A DNA stretch of 64,000 bases from Octopus sinensis (Eukaryota). Below the pieces are notes generated by a model that did not search any database, was not told where the DNA came from, and worked only from the letters and a program-made list of their open reading frames with translations. Made by a program: the position numbers and the translations under genes. Each line of letters starts with the position of its first letter. The stretch's first letter is position 1. Below are positions 24,811 through 37,559 of this stretch, in pieces. The stretch is from assembly GCF_006345805.1 (NCBI RefSeq), contig NC_043003.1, positions 109,430,001 to 109,494,000 of the forward strand, in the 5' to 3' direction.

Positions 24811-25208
24811 GGCGCAGGAGTGGCTGTGTGGTAAGTAGCTTGCTTACCAGCCACATGGTTCCGGGTTCAGTCCCATTGCGTGGCATCTTGGGCAAGTGTC
24901 TTCTGCTATAGCCCCGGGCCGACCAATGCCTTGTGAGTGGATTTGGTAGACGGAAACTGAAAGAAGCCTGTCGTATATATATATGTATATATGTGTGTGC
25001 TTGTGTGTCTGTGTTTGTCCCCCCAACATTGCTTGACAACTGATGCTGGTGTGTTTACGTCCCTGTCACTTAGCGGTTCGGCAAAAAGAGACCGATGGAA
25101 TAAGTACTGGGCTTACAAAGAAAGTCCCGGGTTTCCGATTTGCTCGATTAAGGTGGTGCTCCGCATGGCCGCAGTCAAATGACTGAAACAAGTAAAAGAG
25201 TAAAAGAA
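24811..25208 (+). mobile_element. tRNA-headed SINE family A, full length
   Basis: GGCGCAGGAG-TGGCTGTGTGG (A box), GGTTCAGTCC (B box), CTTGGGCAAGTG, internal TA/TG repeat and a CR1-like tail. Other copies at about 26287-26620(-), 30620-31028(-), 46240-46625(+), 52495-52895(-), 60265-60700(+) and 60730-61088(+). Confidence 0.9.
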
Positions 25209-25584
25209 TATATATATATATATATATTATGTATGTATGTATGTATGTATGTATGTATGTATGTATGTGTGTGTATATATTTGTGTAAATGTGTGCCAAT
25301 AGAGAAATCAAGACAAAATACCGTTTAGGTCTTCTCAGTATATTTGGTAAAACAGTGCAGCAACAGCTAAAAACTTGTACAGCCTGTATTTAGAACACCA
25401 TAAACTTCACTATATTCTACATTTCTGCTATGTATTTATTTAGTACATCCATATGCTACTTAGTACACCAATAATTGATTTATTGGTATAGCTAGCAGCA
25501 AAGTACCTATTCAGGCAAATTAGATTTACCAATTTATAGATGTTCTTATTTGTAATGACTATATAAATAACTATAAGCTATATA

Positions 25585-25617
<33 letters not shown>

Positions 25618-25623
25618 TACAGA

Positions 25624-25654
<31 letters not shown>

Positions 25655-26659
25655 TTCTGGGTAAAGAGGTATACATGTCCTCTGGTAAAAGATTTAAATA
25701 GGAGCGAGACTGCTCAGTCCGGGCAGGGATATAGCAACAAACAGTGAATGTAGCAACGCCTGACCTGATAAGAAGTTACAGAGTGACTCAAGGGCTGAAA
25801 GATTCGTGCATTAACACTTTATCAAAAAGTTTGGTAAATGCCAATACGTGAAACTCTCAACCCTTGAATCACCTTGTAACACCTACTGATTATTAATAAA
25901 GATTGTGTGTGTGTGTGTGTGTATTCCATCGTCATCATCATTTAAGATCTTTGTCCTATGCTGAGGCAGTCTAACAGGATCCAATGGACCCAAAGTTTGC
26001 ATCAACCTCCAATGTTTTGGCATGGTTTCTACAGCTGGACGCCCTTCCTAATGCCAACGCTTTACAGTGTGTACTGGAAGTTTCTTTTTTTGTCGCAACA
26101 GCAGTGGTGATGCAAGACCAAATGGGTGGGTATACAGTAGAGAGAGAGAGAATTTTATGCTAAGAGATGAGAGTATGAAAGAAGAAGTTGGAACAAAAGT
26201 CATTGCTGCTGAAGAGGAGCTACATGGCTACTCAGATTAAAGAAGACAGGGTGAGAGTGATGTGCATATATATATATATATATATATTACTCTATTCTCT
26301 TTTACTTGTTTCAGTCATTTGACTGCAGCCATGCTGGAGCATCGCCTTTAGTCGAGCAAATCGACCCCGGGACTTATTATTTGTAAGCCCAGTACTTATT
26401 CTATCGGCCTCTTTTGCCGAACCGCTAAGTGACGGGGACGTAAACACACCAGCATCGGTTGTCAAGCAATGCTAGGGGGACAAACACAGACACACAAACA
26501 TATACACACACACTTATATATATATACATATATACGACAGGCTTCTTTCAGAAGACACTTGCCCAAGATGCCAGGCAGTGGGACTGAACCCGGAACTACT
26601 TACCACACAGCCACTCCTTCTATATATATATATGGAATAATTACTATGAAGCATTGTGT

Positions 26660-27626
26660 AGAATATATTGTACAAAGGATTGTGGGTAAGGCCAGGACAA
26701 TGGGAAGTAAATGCAAGGTAAGTCACAAGAAAACAAATATATGAATTAATGTAGACTTACCTTGTATTCAATATTTTGGGGTTATGACTCCATTTTCAAG
26801 AAATTGACGAATGTTGCCGATGTGCATATGTGTGAGCATGTGTGGAGTGGACATGCACAGAAGGGTGTTGCTATAGCAACCAGCTAGCTTCTTGTAACTT
26901 CCTTCTGTTGTTGATCTTGGGTTTCTTTTGGTGTATGAGGATGGCCTCAGGGATTCTAAGCTGGCCCCTGTTCCGCTGTGTTGCACAAACTTCCTGAAGC
27001 TACCACATTTTGACAACAGAACTACTGTCGCAATACAACACACAGTCCACAGGATGGGACTCGACATACTGGTAATGCACACCCGCCCTTCCCTGAGAAA
27101 AGCTCTGTCCAAGATCAACATCTCTCACTACACTGAGGAGTGCACATTGTCAAACTGCTCCATCAATGCGCCAGAGGACCTATGCTGTATATGAGATCAT
27201 CTGTGGCAAATGTGGCACATACTACATCGGAAGCATGACAAGAAAACATGCAGGCAGACACTTCCATGAGGATACATCTAAGGAAATAGCAGACCCAGGA
27301 ATTCACAGTGCACATCAAGGCAACACAGCAGAACTGGGGCAACCTTAGAATCTCTGAGGCCATCACCATACACCAAAAGAAAACTAAGAAAAACAATAAA
27401 AGGGAGTTACAGGAAGCTAGCTGGTGGCTATAGCAACACCCTTCTGTGTATGTTCACTCCACACATGCATATTGGCAACATTCTTTAATTTCTTGAAAAT
27501 GGGGTCATAACCACGAAATATTGAATACAAGGTAAGTCTACATTAATTGACATATTTATTTTCTTGTTGTTTACCTTGCATCATTTAATTTGCATTGTTT
27601 TGGCCTTACCCACGATCCTTTATACA

Positions 27627-27632
<6 letters not shown>
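26660..27632 (+). mobile_element. Penelope-like element fragment (linker and GIY-YIG endonuclease) with inverted terminal segment
   Basis: LKLPHFDNRTTVAIQHTVHRMGLDILVMHTRPSLRKALSK ... AVYEIICGKCGTYYIGSMTR ... LRISEAITI. About 26660-26930 is an imperfect inverted copy of about 27380-27632. Confidence 0.8.
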
Positions 27633-27696
<64 letters not shown>

Positions 27697-28156
27697 TATA
27701 TAACATACATATATATTATACTACATATTATATATATATATATATCTATATACATATGCAATATTATATATATATATACATATATTATATATACATATAT
27801 ATATATGTAGTATATATATTATGTATATATGATATATATAATATGAAATATATATATTATATTATACTATGTATATATATATTATATGAGTACGTATATA
27901 TATATATATATATATATGTGTAAATGTAAAAATACAAACTGGGACAAGAACGTAAAACATTTAGGAGACGACACTAAAAACACGGACGGGACATTTGAAG
28001 CCTTCAATCTTCAGTCAAGAACCGGATCATCCTCGCAATTTCGGCTGATTAATCTTGAGATTGCTCCGATCTGGCCAGCCCCAAAGGAAAATCTAAGCCA
28101 AGCGCATATATATATATATATACTTACATAATATATATATTAATATACATAGTATA

Positions 28157-28188
<32 letters not shown>

Positions 28189-28439
28189 TACATATATATA
28201 TTATATAATATATATATCATATTATATTATAGATATATTATAATATATTATATAAGTATGTATATCATCATCATCATCATCATCATTTAGCATCCGTTTT
28301 CCATGCTAGCATGGGTTGGACAATATATATACAGGTATATATATATACAGGTATATATAATATATATATATATATATGTATATACATATATGTTATATAT
28401 ATATATATATATTGTTGATTTCACTTTTTGTTTGATTTC

Positions 28440-28732
28440 ACTTTTTCAATATCAGCGACAGTGGGCGCTGGAAAAAGTATAAGTATTTGTGAAGGAAATC
28501 TAATTCTCGGCGACAACTATGATTGTCACACGCTGACGGAGGTCAATACCTCGAAACTCGAGTCCGTGTGTATCATATGTTGAAGACGGGAAGGATGACT
28601 TTCCTTTGCAAATACTGACAGGACACAGAAAGTGTGTCTATGGCCAGCTGGAGGAGTGTGTCCTCCTGGGGCTAAAAACTACAGTAGCATCCACCCTTAG
28701 GGTTAGCCATGTTGAAATGGCAAAATACGTCA

Positions 28733-28735
<3 letters not shown>
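28440..28735 (+). mobile_element. Short hammerhead-bearing interspersed repeat (family G), copy 1
   Basis: Alignable along about 280 bp with the reverse complement of 36690-36960. Flanked by (TA)n on both sides. Confidence 0.75.
28518..28577 (+). ncRNA. Type I hammerhead ribozyme-like motif (A9 absent)
   Basis: TATGATtgtCACACG-CTGACG-GAGGT-CAAT-ACCTC-GAAA-CTCGAG-TC-CGTGTGtATCATA. Triplet GUC at 28562-28564. Confidence 0.7.
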
Positions 28736-28769
<34 letters not shown>

Positions 28770-28819
28770 TATATTAAATATGTATATATATGTATATATT
28801 TATGTATATATATGTGTGC

Positions 28820-28862
<43 letters not shown>

Positions 28863-29169
28863 ATGAGATATTTGTTTACATAGTATATTCGATTACACAG
28901 CACATCGACTGTTAAAAAGCTTGAACTTTTTGGTATACCCAATAGTACATTTCCATTACCCAAAAATCTGCTGCCAAGTGCATCGATAAGCAATATGTGT
29001 GCATGCGTGTTCAGACATATTATAATACAATGCATACATATGTGTGTGTATGTGTGTTTGTGCGTATGTGTGTGTTTCAGTTGAAGTACTTAAAGTGTAA
29101 ATTACATAAATGCATTATTCACAAATGTATGTTTGCGTATGTTCATCATCATTTAACAGGCATATAAAT

Positions 29170-29176
29170 GTGTGTG

Positions 29177-29220
<44 letters not shown>

Positions 29221-29300
29221 TACGTATATACATACATACATATATATATACATACATACATATATATATACATACATACATATATATATACATACATATA

Positions 29301-29336
<36 letters not shown>

Positions 29337-29337
29337 G

Positions 29338-29403
<66 letters not shown>

Positions 29404-29669
29404 CCATACATATATATATCCATACATATATATATACATACATATATATATCCATACATATATATATCCATGCATATATATATACATATATATATATATA
29501 TAATATATATATACATATATATGTATATATACACACACACACATATATATTTATATATGTATACATATATATGCATCAATTGGAGCATACATGTATGAGT
29601 GTGTGTCTATGTATATGTATACATGTGTACACACATATATATATACACACACACACACACGCAATCACT

Positions 29670-29713
<44 letters not shown>

Positions 29714-30265
29714 CATACATACATACATACATACATAAATCACAAAATTCTGTACATTTACATATACAGACACACATCCACAAATATTTATTGATTGATT
29801 TTTAAAGAACAGTGTGTAAATTTTCTTCATATTTCTCAACAGCTCAAGAATTTTATGTTATTGAACTCCTGTGGGGATTTCCCTTATTTACCCCCATAAC
29901 ATAATTATTGATCTTGTTTTTTAGGTCTATAATTCTTTGTACTGAATCAACCTAAAAAATCGAACACCATAAGATACAAAAATTCCATCATACTTTAGCA
30001 AATAATTTCTTGTTTCTTCTTTTTTTTGTCATTTTTTACTGAACTACTTGTCAGCTGTGAAGTGATAAGAATTATGAAAATATAGACACTTGCATGAAGT
30101 ATGTCTGTGTGCATGATATATATATATATATATAATATATATATAGATAGATAGATAGATAGATATACATATATATATATATACAATATATATACATAGA
30201 TAGATATACATATATATATATATACATATATATATACATATATATATACATATATATATATATAC

Positions 30266-30298
<33 letters not shown>

Positions 30299-30339
30299 CA
30301 TATATATAGATGTATATATATACATATATATATATATAC

Positions 30340-30377
<38 letters not shown>

Positions 30378-30450
30378 ATATATGTATATATAATATATAT
30401 ATATATATACATATATATACATATATATACATATATATATATACATATAT
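29170..30450. repeat. (TA)n/(CATA)n microsatellite fields (29170-29720 and 30110-30450)
   Basis: Direct reading of the sequence. Confidence 0.9.
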
Positions 30451-31206
30451 CTTAGCGAGTAAATAATATGTGGAAATTGACGATTTAAAAGTCTGTTATC
30501 AGCATATTGGCATTGAAATAATTTTCTTTAGCCCTTATTTATAAGTTGTATATATATATATATATTTATATATGTACCAAATGAAATCAAAAACAGCTAG
30601 CAGCAATGTATGTATGTATATACTCTTTACTCTTTTACTCTTTTACTTGTTTCAGGCATTTGACTGTGGCCATGCTGGAGCACCGCCTTTAGTCGAGCAA
30701 ATTGACCCCAGGACTTATTCTTTGTAAGCCCAGTACTTATTCTATTGGTCTCTTTTGCCGAACCGCTAAGTGACGGGGACATAAACACACCAGCATCGGT
30801 TGTCAAGCAATGCTAGGGGGACAAACAGACACACACACATACATATATATATATATACATATATACGACAGGCTTCTTTCAGTTTCCGTCTACCAAATCC
30901 ACTCACAATGCATTGGTCGGTGCGGGGCTATAGCAGAAGACACTTGCCCAAGATGCCATGCAGAGGGATTGAACCCGGAACCATGTGGTTGGTTAGCAAG
31001 CTACTTACCACACAGCCACTCCTGTGCCTATATATATATATATATGTGTACACAAGCTGTTTCGCATCATACCGAAGGAATTAGAAATGGCAGTCAAAGA
31101 CCGTTTTTTCCATTTCTATAAGTGGAGGTTCCAAAAACGAAGGCCCTTGCGGCTCACATACACAAAACCGGAGTGGCAAATACACGAATTCAGTCACTTA
31201 CCGTTA

Positions 31207-31268
31207 ATAGTGAACACGGTGTTTCTGGATCACAAACAGGGGAGTTTGAATTCTGTCATCAGCGCTAT
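31207..31268 (-). ncRNA. Type I hammerhead motif, tandem copy 1
   Basis: ATAGCG-CTGATGA-CAGAATTCAAACTCCCCTGTTTGTGATCCA-GAAA-CACCGTG-TT-CACTAT, with two CpG-type changes relative to copy 2. Confidence 0.65.
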
Positions 31269-31751
31269 ATTCGTTAGCTTTATCAAATGCCACCAGCCCT
31301 CACTTCTGACCCAGCGACATCAGATAGTGGGGGGAAGTGCGCAGATGTTAAAACCAAGTAACGACTGGGAACGTAAATTTTCCCTCCAAAATTCTGCCAT
31401 GCGCGCCTTCTGGGTAATCGTAATGGAATGAGGAATCCACATGGTAATACAATAAAAATGGTAAATAATTTTCCTGTGGTTTTTCATGTAACCAACAATT
31501 ATTTACCGGTAAATTTCGGTATGTAAATACGACAAAATAATTGTCAAGACCTTTGTAAGGTTCAGTATATAGTAAAGAAAAATAAGTTGGCTAGCAGCAA
31601 GCTGTTTCGCCTCATACCGAAGGAATTAGAAATGGCAGTCAAAGACCGTTTTTTCCATTTCTATAAGTGGAGGTTCCAAAAACGAAGGCCCTTGCGGCTC
31701 ACATACACAAAACCGGAGTGGCAAATACACGAATTCAGTCACTTACCGTTA

Positions 31752-31813
31752 ATAGCGAACACGGTGTTTCTGGATCACAAACAGGGGAGTTTGAATTCCG
31801 TCATCAGCGCTAT
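31752..31813 (-). ncRNA. Type I hammerhead motif, tandem copy 2
   Basis: ATAGCG-CTGATGA-CGGAATTCAAACTCCCCTGTTTGTGATCCA-GAAA-CACCGTG-TT-CGCTAT. Perfect 6-bp stem I, stem II GGA/TCC plus CAAAC/GTTTG, triplet GUU. Confidence 0.75.
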
Positions 31814-33711
31814 ATTCGTTAAATGGAAAAAACGGTCTTTGACTGCCATTTCTAATTCCTTCGGTATGAGGCGAAACAGCTTGCTGCTAGCCAACTTATT
31901 TTTCTTTACTATATACTGAACCTTACAAAGGTCTTGACAATTATTTTGTCGTATTTACATACCGAAATTTACCGGTAAATAATTGTTGGTTACATGAAAA
32001 ACCACAGGAAAATTATTTACCATTTTTATTGTATATGTGTACACACATATATTACACACCCACTACTACAAAACTATAAAATGTTCAAACTTCCCACAAC
32101 TGATTTGATTTGAAAAGCCCACTAGAATGGGAGCAAGCGCTAATCCGAAATCCGAATGATATGATATGATATATATGTAAAAAATGTAATATATAAATAA
32201 ATATCTACAAATATGAACCATCTGATCTGATTACCTCAATTTTTCTAATATATGTATATATATATATATATATATAATATATATATATATATAAATACAT
32301 ATATATATGTATATATATATATATATATATATAAACTCACTTCTATAAACGTCATCATCATTTAACGTCTGTTGTCCATGCTGGCATGGGTTGGACGTTT
32401 TGACCCAGGCTGGTAAGCTGAGTGGCTACACCAGAGTCCAGTCTGATTTGGCATGATTTCCACAACTGGATGCCCTTCCTAATGCCAACCACTCTGAGAG
32501 TGTGATGGGTGCTTTTACATGCCACCATCATGGATGTCAGTTGCATGATACCAGTGTCTGCCACAACTGTAATTTCACTTGGCTTGATGGGTCTTCTCAA
32601 GCAGAGCATAATGCCAAAGGTCTTGGTCATTGCCTCTCGATGGGAGTTGTCACAGATTTAAATTCCAGCTGTTGTTGGTACTCATTTTCATTTGAGTGGA
32701 TTAGAACTATGGGAAAATGAAGTGTCTTGCTCAAGGATACAATGCACTACTTGAATTAGAAAGCAAACTCATGAGCATACGATCATGAGCTCAGAACTGT
32801 AATCATTACACCATGCACCTGCTAGAGATAGCAGCCAAATTGCTCCATGGCTGCAATTTTAATGTCTTAGAAAAAAAAAAACCCAAAGGACTACATTGGA
32901 TAAAGTGATCATATGGCTGACCAGACTATCAGATGCTGTTATACATCGATGGTCACAATGCACTTTGCATTGTTTTAGCCATCAAATGATGCCACCCCAC
33001 TGGATAGGCGAGCAAGCCAATACTCCCCCTTCATCGAAAGGGGACTGGAGCAACATAAAATAAAGTGTTTTGCACAAGAACACAACGTGCTGCCTTGCCT
33101 GCAAATCGAACCCACAGTCTAGCGATCCTAACAATTAGGCCCCATGCCTTCACTTTGGATAAAGTAGTCTTGGAAATAAAGTAAGAAAATAGGGATGGTC
33201 ATGGGTGGATTGCCTTTAATTGTTGGCCAGATTAACCAAGTCTCATTAGGAGCGATACAAAAGCATTAACAGAAACTCTATAGTTTCTTTATATTGTTGT
33301 GTCATTTATTTCAGAGTGACCTGAGGAGAATCAGTGGAGTGTCAGACAAAAATGTCAGTGCAGCATTTAACGAAGTCCCTTTAGATTTTGAATTTAAACC
33401 TTGTAGAAGATGAGTTTGATTTTGATCCACTCAGAGCTGAGAAAATAAAATAAAGTATGATTTTTTTATTTCTTTATTGCCCACAAGAGGCTAAACACAG
33501 AGAGGACAAACAAGGACAGACAAATGGATTAAGTCGATTATATCGACCTCAGTGCGTAACTTGTACTTATTTAATCGACTCCGAAAGGATGAAAGGCAAA
33601 GTCGATCTCGGTGGAATTTGAACTCAGAACGTAGCAGCAGACGAAATACCGCTGAGCATTTCGCCCGGCATGCTAACGATTCTGCCAATTCGCAACCCTA
33701 TAAAATAAAGT

Positions 33712-33925
33712 ATGATGGGGTGTAAAGTTCCCGGCTTTGGGTAAAACAAAATACAGGTGGATCAGTTAATAATGATTTTATTCAACACATTCCCCTCTCA
33801 GATTCACACACTTATTGCAGTGGTCCTTCAGTTTTTCTAAGCCCTGTAAAAAGAACTTGGAAGGCTGGGCCTCCAAGTAAGTCTTTCATGATACCCTTAA
33901 AACCAGGAACTTTCCAGCACCCCGA
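33712..33925. mobile_element. Mariner-type MITE
   Basis: TIRs GGGGTGTAAAGTTCCCGGCTTT / AAAACCAGGAACTTTCCAGCACCCC. A second copy lies inverted at about 42120-42337. Confidence 0.7.
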
Positions 33926-35339
33926 GGAGTAAATAATCAAAGATTTTGTTAAATAATTCAATGATTAGATTATTGTCTGGAACATCAATTAATATGAAAT
34001 TTTTATGGGAGATCTGCAATGACGTCTGGCGACTGACTTGGTAGACACCACAAGATTATCCACTGTCTTTCTAACAACGACCTTGGGCACCTTTTTGAAT
34101 TCCATGTCTAACACTTGTGAACATGCTTACAAAATTTTAAAAAAATGACGCAGCACCCCTAACTTTTGAAAATGTTTTTTCATGCTCGGAATTGCTGAAG
34201 CATGGAATCAACTACCTACATCAGTTCTTAGTCGTTGGGACACTACATCCTTCAAACCTTCCATGCTGATGCTGCTCTCCCTCATTTTCTTTTCAAGACT
34301 GTCTCATTGTCCACTTCCTCTGCATATTCTGTGCACTGGTCGTGCAGCTTTGGTTCCTTTGTTTTCTGATGCACCTCAGCATCGCATGCTCTAAGTCCAT
34401 CATTATTATTTTCAATAGCTTTAAAACAAAAAGGTTCTACCACAGAACTTATAGACAGTCTCATGCAGATTAGTATCAAAAGGGTTAACAAAATCCCACT
34501 TCTTTTCAAGTTTGTCATCATAAAGACCTCTGCCATGACAATCATGGACATAACCTTCACCCTCTCGTCCTCACCCTCACTATCAATGCAGCAACTGCAG
34601 CCTCCACCAGCAATGTCTTTATCTTTAAGGGCATCATGATTATTGGCTTAATATCTATTTCTTTCCATGCTGCATCTGTTTCAGTTACATTCTGGCAGTA
34701 ACACAATTAATAATAATAACAATAAAAACCAAAAAAAACCCCAACAAAAACAAAACAAAAAAAAACACACCCAGCACCACAAAAAACAAATACAAACCAA
34801 ACAAAATAAACTCTATCCCACATCAAACTCAGCCCAAGATCTTAATTACACAATGAATAGGTGTGGTAACATTAACATGAATCTCATCATATTTAAGGAA
34901 TTCCTTATTTTTATCAGTATATATAATTTCTATTTTTTTAGAAATTTAATTGCTTTTTTTCTTATCACTGTCTCAGAAGATACAAGAAGCAAGAGAAAAC
35001 AAAGAATCATTAACCCAGTTAATTGATTAAAAAACCAGTTCCTATTCAACGAAATCTGTGACCTAGTTTTGATTCAGATATGATATTAATTATCATCCTC
35101 ATTACTATTCTTAATATCTCCTTTTCCATGCTTGTGTGGGTGAAACGAGTACAATGGATGCCCTTTCTAACATGAACAACCTGTTTCTTAGTCTACTGAG
35201 TAACAAATAGACATATTTGGAGAGGTGTTATTTCACTAAGACAAACACAGACATATATATGTATGTGTACATGCACACACACAAATATATGAATGTATGT
35301 ATGCATGCATATATACGTACATACACACACACACATATA

Positions 35340-36035
35340 TATCATCATCATTTAATGTCCACTGTCCATGCTGGAATGGGTTGGACAGTTTGACTGGGCT
35401 GGCACAATGGAAGGCTGCACCAGGCTCCAGTCTGATTTGGCATGGTTTTCTATGGCTGGATGCCCTTCCTAACACCAACCCCTCTGAGAGTGTAATGAGT
35501 GCTTTTATGTGTCACCAGCATAGGTGCCATTTGCATGACACCAAGGTGCTTTTATGTGCCAATTTTTCATGACACCAGTATCTGCCACAACTGCGATTTT
35601 GCTCAGATTGATGGGTCTGCTTCTCAAGCACAATATAATGCCAAAGGTCTCGGTCATTGCTTCCATGAGGCCCAACACTTGAAAGGAACTCAATCACTTT
35701 GCCTCTGTGAGGCCCAATGCTCAAAAGGTGTACTTTACGTACCACCAACATGGGTGCACTTGGCTTGAAAGGTCCTCTCAACTACAACACATTGCCAAAG
35801 GTCTCGGTGACTAATCATTGCCTCTGTGAGGCTCAAAGTTTGAAGATTTATGCTTCACCGCCTCGTCCCATGTCTTCCTGGGTCTACCTCTACCACAGAT
35901 TCCCTCCACAGTTAAAGATTGGTACTTTACACAGCTATCTTTGTCCAGTTGCATCACGTGACCATACCTGCACAGTCACCTCCCTGGCACACCACATCTG
36001 ATGCCTCTTATACCTAACGTTTCTCTCAAGATGCT
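35340..36035 (-). mobile_element. RTE-clade LINE 3' end
   Basis: Minus strand YGHVMQLDKDSCVKYQSLTVEGICGRGRPRKTWDEAVKH, followed by the 3' UTR and tail. Confidence 0.75.
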
Positions 36036-36601
36036 TGACAAGGCATAAATAATGGTCATTGATATTTCTTTATTGTAATTGAATTTGACATAGGCTTTTT
36101 ACGTAAAAAGCACCCACTACACTCTCAGAGTGGTTGGCATTAGGAAGGGCATCAAGCTGTAGAAACTCTGCCAGATCAGACTAGGACCTCGTGCAGCTCC
36201 CCAGGTTACCAGTTTTCAGTCAAACCGTCCAACCACAGAAAATGGACATTAAGTGATTCTTTTGCTTCAGTCATGTGACTACGGCCACACTGAAGCACTG
36301 CCTTTAGTCGAGCAAATTGACCCAGGACTAATTCTTTGTAAGCCTAGTACTTATTCTATCAGTCTCTTGCTGAACTGCTAAGTTATGGAGACACAAACAC
36401 ACCAGTATCAGTTGTCAAGTGATGTTGAGGGGGACTAACACAGACACACAAACACAAATACATACATATATATATATATATGTGTATGTTCCTGCGTGTC
36501 CAATAATACTATACTCGTTCCACGTCCTCGCGTTGTTGTGTTTTCTCCTTGTGTTTTCATGTTTGGATTAACTATATATATATATATATATAATATATAT
36601 A

Positions 36602-36677
<76 letters not shown>

Positions 36678-36689
36678 GTGTGTGTGAGG

Positions 36690-36960
36690 TATACTTGCCA
36701 TCTCAATATGGCTAACCACTAAGGGTGGGTGTTACTGTAGCTTTTAGCCCCAGGAGATCATCGTCTCCACCTGGCTTTAGGCACACTTTCTGTGCTCCTA
36801 TGGTATTTGCAAAGGAAGGTCATCCTTCCCTCGTCAATCTAAGTGATATGCATGGACTGCAGTTTCTAGGTATTGACCTGTCCTCAGCGTACGACAATCA
36901 CCGGTTTTCGATGAAAGGAGTCCCAATGCAAATACTTATATCGTTTTTCCAGTAACTTAT
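36690..36960 (-). mobile_element. Short hammerhead-bearing interspersed repeat (family G), copy 2
   Basis: Homologous to 28440-28735. Confidence 0.75.
36844..36900 (-). ncRNA. Type I hammerhead ribozyme-like motif
   Basis: TGATtgtCGTACG-CTGAGGA-C-AGGT-CAAT-ACCT-A-GAAA-CTGCAG-TC-CATGCAtATCA. Full CUGANGA/GAAA core, triplet GUC. Confidence 0.7.
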
Positions 36961-37079
36961 ATATGTATATATTGAACTTTTATAGAAGTTCCTACCGTTA
37001 ATGGTTATATTTACATGCTGAAATCTACCAATATATAATTGTTGGTTTTTTAAAAACCATTAAAGCTATTATGTACTCT

Positions 37080-37151
<72 letters not shown>

Positions 37152-37559
37152 GGGCTTCTTTCAGTTTCCGTCTACCAAATCCACTCACAAGGCTTTGGTT
37201 GGCTCAAGGGACTGAACCTGGAACCATGTGGTTGCACACACACATACATATATGTGTGTATGTATGTATTGTGATACTAATAACCTGGTGTAGAACTCAG
37301 TGTATATATGCTCCTGAACAAGACATTCGTCAAGTAGAGAAGAGTAATAAGAAAACAGATGGCAAAAGAATAAATGATTATTTTATGAACTTCATTAGCT
37401 TTCAGCTGTTTCTGCTGCAAGACATGCTGGATTCAGTTGAGTGACTTTACATTTACATCAATGTCTCTGACACTCAACTCTGAGCCCACTGCAACCTGTA
37501 GCTGTACTCTAATGAAGTTCATAAAATAATCATTTGTTCCTACATTATCTCTTTTCTTG

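Larger units (their letters stand above)
31053..32034 (-). mobile_element. Young non-coding retrozyme/Penelope-type insertion: 545-bp period direct repeat plus 214-bp inverted 5' segment
   Basis: 31053-31275 repeats at 31598-31820. 31821-32034 is the reverse complement of 31447-31660. TATATGTGTACAC occurs at both flanks. Confidence 0.8.

Noticed and set aside
27981-28020. Minus-strand CTGAAGA...TGTCCCGTC hammerhead-like string
   Set aside because: No G12 and no stem I pairing.
19614-30446. Many YI/HT/CV-rich ORFs (also 53293-53556 and 57879-58326)
   Set aside because: These are translations of TA, CATA, AAT and GTA/GTG microsatellites.
31024-31431. 135-aa plus-strand ORF (and 31587-31919)
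   Set aside because: Starts in a SINE/microsatellite, is antisense to the hammerheads and has no recognisable motif.
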